DNA of 53,977 nucleotides, counting the filler, from Pseudobdellovibrionaceae bacterium (lineage in GTDB: Bacteria; Bdellovibrionota; Bdellovibrionia; Bdellovibrionales; UBA1609): NCBI GenBank assembly GCA_030591685.1. It is 2 parts of 2 records of this genome, joined end to end, with 100 filler letters (N's around TTAATTAATTAA, not from the genome) between each part and the next. Parts side by side here need not be neighbours in the genome. Positions count along the whole stretch, not along the records: positions 1 to 31,105 come from JAUVAX010000005.1; 1 more part is not named here. One strand, 5' to 3'. The translations under genes were made by a program, and so were the position numbers. The notes beneath the pieces were generated by a model. That model was not told where the DNA came from. It made no database searches and saw nothing but the letters and a program-made list of their open reading frames with translations. Below, in pieces: positions 1 through 8,828 of this stretch; position 1 is the stretch's first letter; each line of letters begins with the position of its first letter.

Positions 1-21
1 ACAACCCCTATAAACCAGATT

Positions 22-96
22 TGGAGCCCATGGCGAGACTCGAACTCGCGACCTCACCCTTACCAAGGGTGTGCTCTACCCCTGAGCCACATGGGC
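22..96 (-). tRNA. tRNA-Thr(GGT)
   Basis: Reverse complement GCCCATGTGGCTCAG...CTTGGTAAG...GTTCGAGTC...GGGCTCCA; cloverleaf, anticodon GGT, encoded CCA. Confidence 0.97.
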
Positions 97-129
97 GTTT
101 AAAGGCTTTAAGCGTTCTCACACTTAAAT

Positions 130-206
130 TGGAGCGGGAGACGGGGGTCGAACCCGCAACCCTCGGCTTGGAAGGCCGATACTCTAGCCAATTGAGCTAC
201 TCCCGC
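130..206 (-). tRNA. tRNA-Gly(TCC)
   Basis: Reverse complement GCGGGAGTAGCTCAATTGG...CTTCCAAG...GTTCGACC...CCCGCTCCA; anticodon TCC. Confidence 0.97.
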
Positions 207-214
207 TCAAAAAA

Positions 215-300
215 TGGTGGAGAGAAGAGGATTTGAACCTCTGTAGGCATAAGCCAGCGGGTTTACAGCCCGCCCCCTTTAACCACTCGGGCATCTCTCC
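215..300 (-). tRNA. tRNA-Tyr(GTA)
   Basis: Reverse complement GGAGAGATGCCCGAGTGG...CTGTAAA..., long variable arm, GGTTCAAATCC, CCA end. Confidence 0.97.
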
Positions 301-306
301 ACTAAA

Positions 307-382
307 TGGAGCTGAATATAGGACTTGAACCTACAACCTGCTGATTACAAATCAGCTGCTCTACCAATTGAGCTAATTCAGC
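307..382 (-). tRNA. tRNA-Thr(TGT)
   Basis: Reverse complement GCTGAATTAGCTCAATTGG...TTTGTAA...GGTTCAAGTCC...CTCCA. The Thr-Tyr-Gly-Thr order is the cluster that usually precedes tufB, expected left of the window. Confidence 0.97.
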
Positions 383-437
383 ACCTAAACACTTTTGCTC
401 GCGCAAAAATACCGAAGCCTTACGGCGACAGAGGAAA

Positions 438-468
438 ATATTTACTGGTTACCACCATATAACGTCAA
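438..468 (-). promoter_or_regulatory. Putative sigma70 promoter of the tRNA operon
   Basis: Minus strand TTGACG (468-463), 17-18 nt spacer, then GTAAAT/TAAATA, ~55 nt upstream of the first tRNA. Confidence 0.45.
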
Positions 469-755
469 AGGTTATTTTTATAAGCTTGTTTTATGTTTGA
501 AATATAAGCGCTTTTAACGCATGGCACAGGGCGCGGGCTAAAGTCAGCAACGAAGGGTTCTTAATAATTACCTTTATATTAGTTTACAAACATTTGCGGG
601 GTTCTCAAAATGTTTACTGATAATTAAAAGAAAATGATCTCAAGCCCAAAAAATCCCCACCTAAGAATTTCGCCTTTTTTCTACCACACAGTGCCTAACT
701 CAGGCTTTTTTGTCTTAAATTGAGAAATAACAAGGCCCCTGACTTTATTTAAAGC

Positions 756-783
756 TAAATAAATCTCAATAAAAGTCCGATAA
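756..783 (+). promoter_or_regulatory. Putative sigma28 (FliA) promoter
   Basis: TAAA-N16-TCCGATAA ending ~67 nt before ATG 851; consensus TAAA-N15/16-GCCGATAA. Confidence 0.5.
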
Positions 784-850
784 TTCCAATAATGATAATG
801 TTTTTTAGCCTAATCAACAGGCCTGTTTATTAAAAAAGGATCAACCGTAT

Positions 851-3463
851 ATGAGTAAAAAATCAAAAGTCACAATTGTTTTTTTCGTATTTGCTTTAGG
901 AGTACTCTCAATATTTCAAAATTGTTCTCAGGTCGAGTTTACTAAACTAACTGAACTTGAACAGGCCGGGATATCTGGAGAGCTTAGAAGTACCGAAATC
1001 AATGCCATACATAATGAAAATCGACCCCCAATTAAGCTCATAACTATACTTGATAATTCACATTCAATGGCAAGGATACTAAACAACGTAAGGCTTTCAT
1101 TTAATAATGTAACTGATTTACTTAAGGGGTTCACCGGAGATGTCTCAATTTATACGACCTCTCAATTTGATCGCGCGCAAAGATCTGTTGAAAAAACCGA
1201 GCTAACTATGTACACCGACACAGCCGGTATAACACATCCTTATTCTGGTCATATTTCACCATATCCAAACATACCTATAAACTTTGATCATTTGACCTAT
1301 TATTTTTTAACTCCGCCCTGGACTCAAACAAGAGCCCCTTTACCGTTTATGAGCATTATGAATGACTCTCAATTTAGTGTTTTTCGCTCAAGTTTTATAG
1401 ACTCAATTGGAGGTATCACCGAAGAGGGGTCTGATACCGAAGAGCCTTTATGTATTTTACTAAGGGCCATTCATGAGAACAAAAACGATAAGTCCTTTCC
1501 TTTGTTTTTAATTGCAACAAATGAAAATGACTCCAGCTCCTTATCACGCTGTTTAATAGAAAAAAAGGAACGGATCCATCGCCAGCCCCAAAGCTCCGCG
1601 GGCTCTACTTATGACTGTGAACTCGGAGAGCAGGGCTGCAATCATACATTTTCTCTAGAATATAAAGACGAGAGAGAAACACTTAGGCATTTCAAGATCG
1701 TATCGCAAGTGCATACTGAATCTATTGAATACAAGGCCGTCGAAAATGCGTACGTTTATCCATACGTTGAGTATGGTTATCCTACTTTTGAGCGCAAAAT
1801 GAATTACACAGCTATTGAACGTAATAAAATAGAAACCATCACCGGAGAATATGAAACTTATCAAGATGGAGATACGCTTGATCCAACAGGCAATATTATA
1901 ACCCTTTCTCATCAGAGTTCCGCGGGGAGCTGTGCCCCAGAGGGGACTAGCACTTGCACTGTGAGTGAACGCACACTGGACGGAAAAAAAATATATGCTG
2001 ATACCTGTGAATACACATGTATAGACGAAGTTATTTCTACAGAAAGATCTGTCGTCTTTGAGCAAGACGGAGATACTGCGGGCAGCTGCAGCGAAAACAA
2101 CTATGCCCTGTCTGCGTCTATATCATGTGGACATTCTACAATTGTAACCAATGTGCCCGCAAACGATTCAGGCAAAGAACTCTCTAGCTGTTCACTTGAG
2201 TGCGTTGACAATACTAACTATTGGACGCAGTATACTGATCTAACCGTAACATCGTGCGAAGGCCATACTTACCATGCCGATTGCAATGATGATCAAAAGG
2301 CTGCTGCTGCTCAACATTCTGGGCTTAGCATAAGTGATATCACTCATTGTAGAGACAGCTGCTCAATATACATGATCACTCAGCGGCATCACCTTGAAGC
2401 AAATCAATACTCCTGCACACAGAATCAATATGATAATTATGCTAAGCCTGCTTGCACAAATGAAGATAAGGATTTAGTTCTAGCGAGTTTAAATAGCGAT
2501 ACGATCACTTCACGAGATCAAATATTAAGATGTAAGCACGACTGCTCAACGGGCATTCAGTCCTCGACAGGTACATTTAACGAATACTCTAGTCCTTCTG
2601 ATGTTCTCTCATACTCCTCATGTGAAGACACTAATGGTGATTACACCTTACCTTGTACACAAGCTGACATAGATTATGTGGGTGGTCTGTATGCTGGATT
2701 AGGGGAAACTATGCCCATTGGCTATACCTGTTCGGCGAAGTGTGAAACACATGGCAACGCCCCGCAAGCACCTTGTCTTTTTGAAACCGGTGACGCCAAA
2801 ATTTGCACATATAACCTCACTAAAATAAAAGTCAAAAGCGAAAACGCTTGTTCATCCGTAGATAATTTAAGTGGAGCATGCCAACTTTTGTCTTCAACAA
2901 AGCAAGGCGCGCCGACCACCACTTATAGTGACGAATTATATGAAACTGTAAATAACTCTTTAATAAGTGGCTCTAGTACCAACAATGTGGAGACATCTGT
3001 TATAAACAGCCTACAATCAGCTTACGGTGATAATTTCTTTTTAGCTACGTTTTCGCACAAGCCCCAGGGAAATGGTTGTGATACTGATAGTGACGGTATA
3101 CCCAATGGCCTACAAGGCGGGGAAAGTGAGGGGGTTAGGTTTAAGAACATTCATGATATGCTCGGTGGAGATGCTTCTAAAACCTCAGCTAATTACTCTG
3201 TTTGTTTACCCAGCTACACACCGGCACTAAATACTTTGCTTACCAAGGTCACGAGCTCAATTGAGCGAAGCTATACCGTAAAAATGTTAAATAGCTACGA
3301 GTGGGTTTGGTACGTAAACTTAATATACCAAAACGGCACTACTTTGAAGCTAGAGAAAACTGATTTTACGGCCAACGGTGGGGTTATACAAATTAATAAT
3401 AACATCAACATTGATGGTCTATTAAAGCTAGATGTTGGGATTATAAATCCGATAACTAATTAA
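851..3463 (+). CDS. Secreted/lipoprotein-like protein with a VWA-like domain and a Cys-rich repeat insert (870 aa)
   Basis: Hydrophobic N-terminus ending FQNCS; MIDAS-like LITILDNSHSM, GSDTEEPL and LIATNEND; about five SC-xn-C-xn-CxxxC repeats; AAGGA RBS. Confidence 0.8.
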   Translation: MSKKSKVTIVFFVFALGVLSIFQNCSQVEFTKLTELEQAGISGELRSTEINAIHNENRPPIKLITILDNSHSMARILNNVRLSFNNVTDLLKGFTGDVSIYTTSQFDRAQRSVEKTELTMYTDTAGITHPYSGHISPYPNIPINFDHLTYYFLTPPWTQTRAPLPFMSIMNDSQFSVFRSSFIDSIGGITEEGSDTEEPLCILLRAIHENKNDKSFPLFLIATNENDSSSLSRCLIEKKERIHRQPQSSAGSTYDCELGEQGCNHTFSLEYKDERETLRHFKIVSQVHTESIEYKAVENAYVYPYVEYGYPTFERKMNYTAIERNKIETITGEYETYQDGDTLDPTGNIITLSHQSSAGSCAPEGTSTCTVSERTLDGKKIYADTCEYTCIDEVISTERSVVFEQDGDTAGSCSENNYALSASISCGHSTIVTNVPANDSGKELSSCSLECVDNTNYWTQYTDLTVTSCEGHTYHADCNDDQKAAAAQHSGLSISDITHCRDSCSIYMITQRHHLEANQYSCTQNQYDNYAKPACTNEDKDLVLASLNSDTITSRDQILRCKHDCSTGIQSSTGTFNEYSSPSDVLSYSSCEDTNGDYTLPCTQADIDYVGGLYAGLGETMPIGYTCSAKCETHGNAPQAPCLFETGDAKICTYNLTKIKVKSENACSSVDNLSGACQLLSSTKQGAPTTTYSDELYETVNNSLISGSSTNNVETSVINSLQSAYGDNFFLATFSHKPQGNGCDTDSDGIPNGLQGGESEGVRFKNIHDMLGGDASKTSANYSVCLPSYTPALNTLLTKVTSSIERSYTVKMLNSYEWVWYVNLIYQNGTTLKLEKTDFTANGGVIQINNNINIDGLLKLDVGIINPITN

Positions 3464-3487
3464 ATAGTCTCTTTATCTTGATTGTAA

Positions 3488-3516
3488 AACCCATAAACAA
3501 GAGGTGTTTATGGGTT
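3488..3516. terminator. Hairpin, putative terminator after the 870-aa gene
   Basis: AACCCATAAACA-agagg-TGTTTATGGGTT, perfect 12-bp stem between convergent genes. Confidence 0.6.
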
Positions 3517-3694
3517 CCTTATTAATAATTGGCATTGTAGCTCTGACTTCAAATTAGTTTATTTTTTAAAAATAGTGTTGTTATTAAAATTAATACTATT
3601 AAGTGTGAATCTCTCGGCAGGGCCGGTTGCTCGACTGTGAGCCGGTCCACTTACCCTCAAACATGATAATTTTACTCAATTAAATATAATAACT

Positions 3695-4129
3695 TTATTT
3701 GCAGTATGATGAAAGTGGGTTTTGGGTGCTTGGGACACAGTAATTGACCCACTCACCGTTAAGGTTAGTACTATAGGCATAAAACCAGTGAACCAACTCT
3801 GTACCCGTTAAAAAAACTTGATCGGGCATAGTACTTGGATGAACCCCATTGACCTCGTAGCACCAGCCATAGGCCCTCATATGGGAGTCTGAAAGGACCT
3901 CAATAGCATCAAGCCCCACGGGGGTGCCCGCAATAGAGTTCATGCCACCTGCGGCCCCTTGATAGTCAACATCACTGCTGTTTAGAGCCTTAATAGTTAA
4001 CTCGCCTACTGATGTTTTTGATTCAAAGTGAGAGATTAAAAACACACCTTCCCCGCAAGGGTCTTGAAAGGTCATTGTGCCGGCAAACAATGGAGGGGTT
4101 ATAAAAAGTAAAAGCATTAATAGTTTCAT
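3695..4129 (-). CDS. Secreted DUF4430-like (transcobalamin C-terminal-like) protein
   Basis: Signal peptide; GMNSIAG...YGWCYEVNG...V.WFY matches the DUF4430 GWxYxVNG pattern. Confidence 0.7.
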   Translation of the reverse strand: MKLLMLLLFITPPLFAGTMTFQDPCGEGVFLISHFESKTSVGELTIKALNSSDVDYQGAAGGMNSIAGTPVGLDAIEVLSDSHMRAYGWCYEVNGVHPSTMPDQVFLTGTELVHWFYAYSTNLNGEWVNYCVPSTQNPLSSYCK

Positions 4130-4255
4130 GAAGGGGCCCTTTTTTATTATTAATATTTTTTTTACAATAATTCGTATAGCAATTCAACAGGAGCTAAGAC
4201 CGTTACTCGTACACCCACTCGTACAGCAGTTCATACAGTATAACCAAGCCCGCTA

Positions 4256-5608
4256 CTAATTACTCTCCCCGGCCACAGACAAAGCACTCACTAAAAAAGA
4301 TGGCGAAATAACACGGGACTCGGCAATAAGAACATCACTACCTACAGCTTGAACATCTTTAAGCATTTGTATGATGTTGCCACTAATAACAAAGTTTGCG
4401 AGGCTTTGTTTTTTATGGCCCGACTCATACATAAACCCTTCGGCTTGCAAAGAAAAATCACCCGAAATCGAATTGTACCCACTGTGAAGGCCCTGAAGGA
4501 CGTCTATCACTATCGTTTGATTGTTTTTTGAAACTAACTCTTCAAAGCTCTCTTGGCCTGGAGTTAATACCATATTAGAAAAACCAATCCCTAAAGAGGT
4601 TTTAGCCCCCCGAGAGGCATTGGCTGTGTTTTCAACCCCAAGTTTTTTAGCGTAAACGCTATTTGTTAAGTAAGCGCTCAATTGACCCTTTTTAATTAGG
4701 GTGGTTTTTTTAGACGAGGCCCCCTCGCTATCAAAAGGGCGTGAGTGCTGTGATTTTTTTAAAAATGGATCATCAGTGATTTCGATCAGTGACGAGGCCA
4801 CTGACTCGCCTAATTTATTACAAAATATAGAGAGGTTTTTATCGACCTTATCGGCGTAAAAAGAGCCTTGTAATAAACCCAAAAGCTGTTGAGCCATATG
4901 AGGGTTAAACATCACCGCATAAGTCCCCGTTTTTGGAGTCACGGCATTTAGTTTACTCACGGCCTCTGTAGCTGCTTTTTTTGCCACCTGAGACATATTT
5001 ATTTTTTCAAACTCTACATCACTCGCCACCTCATAAGCGGTTCGAGTGTCTTTTGCACCCTTTGCTAAAGCAAAGGCGTACCCAAAAAAACCATTTGATT
5101 TATAAGTCGCCCTTACGCCGTTTGTATTATAAATAAAAAATTCGCTTTCGTAGTCGCCAAAGGACTGATAGGGGACGCTTTGGATTTTTTCATCCACCTC
5201 CATGGCGGACTTTTCAATGAGTTTTGACTGCTCTAGTTTTTGATCGATAGATACCTTATAAGCGTTTTCATTATATAAAAAACCCATGGGCTCATACTCT
5301 TCAGAGGTCACAAATTTTGGGGTGTAACTTTTTTTAAAAAACTCTACAGAGCCTAGGGCTTGCTCAAAAACAAGATCTAAGTCTGCTTGATCAAGGCTCT
5401 CTGAAAAAGTGGAGATTTCACACTCCCCCTTAATGATGCGAAACCCTAAAGCATGACTGTGTTCAGATTTAAATGGATCTAATTGACCCTTTTGGTAAGA
5501 CGCCGAAAAGCTCTTACTGGTTTCAAGTAATACCTCTAGCTCTACACCGGCTTTTTTTGATTTTAAAGTGTACCTGTCAATTATGGCTTCTATGCTTAAG
5601 AGACTCAT
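4256..5608 (-). CDS. pmbA: PmbA/TldE family protein
   Basis: SRPFDSEG, SGDFS and ISGN motifs; no HExxxH; overlaps the tldD stop by 4 bp. Confidence 0.9.
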   Translation of the reverse strand: MSLLSIEAIIDRYTLKSKKAGVELEVLLETSKSFSASYQKGQLDPFKSEHSHALGFRIIKGECEISTFSESLDQADLDLVFEQALGSVEFFKKSYTPKFVTSEEYEPMGFLYNENAYKVSIDQKLEQSKLIEKSAMEVDEKIQSVPYQSFGDYESEFFIYNTNGVRATYKSNGFFGYAFALAKGAKDTRTAYEVASDVEFEKINMSQVAKKAATEAVSKLNAVTPKTGTYAVMFNPHMAQQLLGLLQGSFYADKVDKNLSIFCNKLGESVASSLIEITDDPFLKKSQHSRPFDSEGASSKKTTLIKKGQLSAYLTNSVYAKKLGVENTANASRGAKTSLGIGFSNMVLTPGQESFEELVSKNNQTIVIDVLQGLHSGYNSISGDFSLQAEGFMYESGHKKQSLANFVISGNIIQMLKDVQAVGSDVLIAESRVISPSFLVSALSVAGESN

Positions 5609-6996
5609 TTTTGCGCCCTCCCACCAACGGTTATATTAGAGATTAATATTGCGGGCTGCCCTACTGTTGTAGGTATAGACCCACTCACCGAACCACACAT
5701 GCCACAATCAAGTTCAAAGTTATTGCCTACAGCTGTTATGCGGCCCAGGGTCTCAATACCCGTACCTATTAAGCTGGCGCCTTTAAGGGGTTGCTTTATT
5801 TCACCGCCCTCAACTTTATAGGCCTCTTGAACACTAAAGTTATAAGCTCCTGTACCAGGGTTTACAGAGCCACCACCCATTTTTTTGCAGTAAATGCCAT
5901 TGTCCATTTTTTTTAACAGTTGCTCTAAAGAGTCCTCGCCGGGGGCAATGTATGTGTTTCGCATTCTTGAGGCCGGCGCATACGTATAATCTTGCCTTCG
6001 GCCACTGCCCGTTGGGGTGTAGCCTGTTTTTTTAGCCCCCATTTGGTCTACTATATAGCTTTTAAGTACGCCCTTTTCTATTAAAACAGTTTTTTTAGTC
6101 GGCATACCTTCATCGTCAATACCAATGGAGCCCCACTTGTTTTCAATAGTGCCATCATCAACAGCGGTTACACACTCATGAGCTAATTTTTCACCCAGCT
6201 TATCGCAAAAAACACTCGCCCCATTAGCAACAGAGGTGGTCTCTAAACCGTGACCACAGGCCTCATGAAATATGACCCCACCAAAACCATTATCTAATAC
6301 GACTGGGCATTCAGCGGCAGGGGCAAAAGCGGCATCTACCATTGTTAACGCCTGTCTTGAGGCCTCTTTAGCCATGGCCTCTACGTCTAAATTGTCATAA
6401 AACTCACTGCCCCTAAGAGCGCCTAGTTTACTCATTCCGCTTTGTTTTTCGCCCCCTCTTTCAGCTATAGCACTTACAACAAAACGGGAGTAATTGCGCT
6501 GCTCTTGAGCCAAAAGGCCTAACGAATTTGCAATTTGAACTTTTTGGACCTTCTCTAAAACAGTACCGCTCACCTGGGTGATATCAGAGTGCATAGACCT
6601 AGCCGCTTTATCAGCTCTTTTTAAAAACTCAATTTTTTGTGCCGTTTGTAAATCCCATGGCAACAACTTGCAGGTTGAGTACGGGGTGTAGCTTAAATTT
6701 TTCATTGGGTCTTTTAAGGTTTTACTTGTGCCCTTTATAGCTTGGCTCGCCGTCGCGGCGGCTGTAAGTAAACCGTCTTCGGTTAAATCACTGGTTGAAA
6801 CATATATAATCTCAGTACCGTAAAATAGACGAATGCCCGCCCCCTTTTTTTTGCCAAAATTTAACTCGTCGGGTTTTTGATCAATAAACCCTAGAGCACT
6901 TGAGTAGGTGTCTTCTATAAACACTTCGGCAAAATCAGCACCCCCTGAAAGGGCTTGATCAATAGTTTTTTCTAGTAAACTATTTTGTATAATCAT
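5605..6996 (-). CDS. tldD: TldD metalloprotease
   Basis: FHEACGHGLE, DDEG, TGSGRRQ, SRMRNTY and GMCGS motifs; start moved to ATG 6996, which follows an AAGGAG RBS. Confidence 0.93.
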   Translation of the reverse strand: MIIQNSLLEKTIDQALSGGADFAEVFIEDTYSSALGFIDQKPDELNFGKKKGAGIRLFYGTEIIYVSTSDLTEDGLLTAAATASQAIKGTSKTLKDPMKNLSYTPYSTCKLLPWDLQTAQKIEFLKRADKAARSMHSDITQVSGTVLEKVQKVQIANSLGLLAQEQRNYSRFVVSAIAERGGEKQSGMSKLGALRGSEFYDNLDVEAMAKEASRQALTMVDAAFAPAAECPVVLDNGFGGVIFHEACGHGLETTSVANGASVFCDKLGEKLAHECVTAVDDGTIENKWGSIGIDDEGMPTKKTVLIEKGVLKSYIVDQMGAKKTGYTPTGSGRRQDYTYAPASRMRNTYIAPGEDSLEQLLKKMDNGIYCKKMGGGSVNPGTGAYNFSVQEAYKVEGGEIKQPLKGASLIGTGIETLGRITAVGNNFELDCGMCGSVSGSIPTTVGQPAILISNITVGGRAQK

Positions 6997-7288
6997 CTTT
7001 GACTCCTTATACCTATGGCTTTGATTTTTACTACATATCTCACTCAGGTGATAGGTCACTTTTCAGTACTGCACATAGTCAGTCTCTGTGTTTCAAAAAC
7101 CTACTTTTTTATATCCCTTTGATAAGGCAATACTCACACTCCCCTTTATTAGTAAGGGGTGCCTATCGAATAGCCCTCTTTGCTCCCTAGCTCATAAAAG
7201 GTTTATTAATTGATCCTTAATATCCCTGGCTTTAGGGACGCTAAATACACTTTATTAGAAAACGTCAGCGTATTGGTTTTTATTAACA

Positions 7289-7304
7289 TGGCATAGATAT
7301 TGTT
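7289..7304 (+). promoter_or_regulatory. Putative sigma54 -24/-12 promoter
   Basis: TGGCAT-AGATA-TTGTT, ~30 nt before the start at 7334 (RBS GGAGG). Confidence 0.5.
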
Positions 7305-7333
7305 CTTATAAATCCTAAAAACGGAGGAATATC

Positions 7334-8425
7334 GTGGGAATATCGTTAATTGGACTTATACAACAGCGTAAGTGTCTATCAACTTTTCATTTATGTGACA
7401 AAATTTGGATTTACCGATGGCTTTTACGATTTCTTGTAGGAGTCCTCTTATTACCGCAGCCGTCAATAGCGGCGACCGATGAAAAAGAGGCCTTTTGTTC
7501 TCAGGCGTCGAATTTGGAATTTTTCAAGGATCGCCTCGAAGACACAAATTTTAGGCTAGGCTTTCAGAATCCAGCAGAGGGGTTTCTCAATTTTCCCACA
7601 GGACTCTGTTGGTGGCACTCTCGCTTCCAAAGAAGCGTATCTCATCTGGTAATTTTTAGAGAATTGAAACCAGGAGAAAGTGAAATGACAACCAAAGAGT
7701 TGAAAAGGGCAATTCATAGAATTCGAAAGATGAACAACGTTGTAGAAATAAGAACTAATAGATATCAAAATTTTGCTGAATGGTCCTGGGCCAATAAAGA
7801 CCTAATTCATAAGAAATTAAAAAGTTGGCAAGGTTGGGAGTTACTTCATGGGGTGATTGGTTTAGAGGGAAACTCTACAGAAGACCCCATAAAGCTTAAA
7901 TTTATGATGGATGAACTTTACAAGGAAGTAGAAAGTACGAATTCTCTGGTTTATCAAATGCTTCAGTTAAAGGGCCCTGCAGCCCACGCTTGGTTAGTTA
8001 TTCGTATGTCGAAATATAAAAATCGTTCGGGGGAGCCTCTGGGCTATAAGATATATATTGTAGACAGCAATTTTCCGTTACAAACGATGGAGTTTGACTA
8101 TAGATATGGTCAAACTCATTTTAATTACCCTGGATGGGGCAAATTTGTACCATATACACAACGAGAACGAGAGTTGAGGAAGATTTTAGGAAGTGTCTTG
8201 CGTTCTTGTCGCCCAGCAAAGGCCAACATGATGTCGAGGACAAACATCCTATATAAAAATATGATGCGCATACAAACACTTCAAGAGAGCCTGAAGTCAC
8301 CAAATAACTTTTCCATGAAGTATCCAGAGGAGGGCAAGACGTACGAAGACATCGTTGCAGAAAACATCCTAAAGGATGAATTTGAGGTCACTAATGAAAG
8401 TTGGTCAAAGTTGATGACGGAATAG
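7334..8425 (+). CDS. Hypothetical exported protein, possible papain-fold cysteine peptidase
   Basis: 363-aa ORF with GGAGG RBS; hydrophobic signal-like stretch; GLCWW...AHAWLV...YIVDSN gives Cys-His-Asp order. Confidence 0.6.
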   Translation: MGISLIGLIQQRKCLSTFHLCDKIWIYRWLLRFLVGVLLLPQPSIAATDEKEAFCSQASNLEFFKDRLEDTNFRLGFQNPAEGFLNFPTGLCWWHSRFQRSVSHLVIFRELKPGESEMTTKELKRAIHRIRKMNNVVEIRTNRYQNFAEWSWANKDLIHKKLKSWQGWELLHGVIGLEGNSTEDPIKLKFMMDELYKEVESTNSLVYQMLQLKGPAAHAWLVIRMSKYKNRSGEPLGYKIYIVDSNFPLQTMEFDYRYGQTHFNYPGWGKFVPYTQRERELRKILGSVLRSCRPAKANMMSRTNILYKNMMRIQTLQESLKSPNNFSMKYPEEGKTYEDIVAENILKDEFEVTNESWSKLMTE

Positions 8426-8772
8426 TTAGATACTCCCTGCTCTAGGCACTATATTAATTAAGTCTAGAGATTGGGTGAACGCGTCCTCCACTAGTTGACC
8501 CTTCCATAATATGAACTCAGTGATGAGTTATATCAATTCAAAACTTAAGGGCGATCTTTTTACCTAAAAGTTATAGGCGGACATAATCGCTGATAACTTA
8601 CAAAAAAACTAAAGACCTTATAAATTAACCAAATCTTGTACATATAAATAAGTTGGTCATAACCTTAAATAAGATAATATTTTTAAATAGATATAAGAAC
8701 TACCTTTATTTATTTGATCATACTTTTGACGATTTACTGCAAATGAAATCGTTTAAACATAGGTTATAGGGC

Positions 8773-8788
8773 TGGCCCCATCCTTGCA
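8773..8788 (+). promoter_or_regulatory. Sigma54 -24/-12 promoter
   Basis: TGGC-CCCATCC-TTGCA with exact GG-N10-GC spacing, ~40 nt before ATG 8829. Confidence 0.7.
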
Positions 8789-8828
8789 TAATTAAGTTTT
8801 GATGAATTCAAATGGCATGGGGGATAAG

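Noticed and set aside
21..236. 71-aa ORF on the + strand
   Set aside because: It is antisense to the tRNA genes, a typical shadow ORF.
522..537. TGGCAC as a sigma54 promoter
   Set aside because: It lacks a TGC -12 element at the correct spacing and is over 300 nt from the next start.
4130..4255. Cobalamin riboswitch upstream of the DUF4430-like gene
   Set aside because: No B12-box or GCCACTG/GGGAAG core is recognisable.
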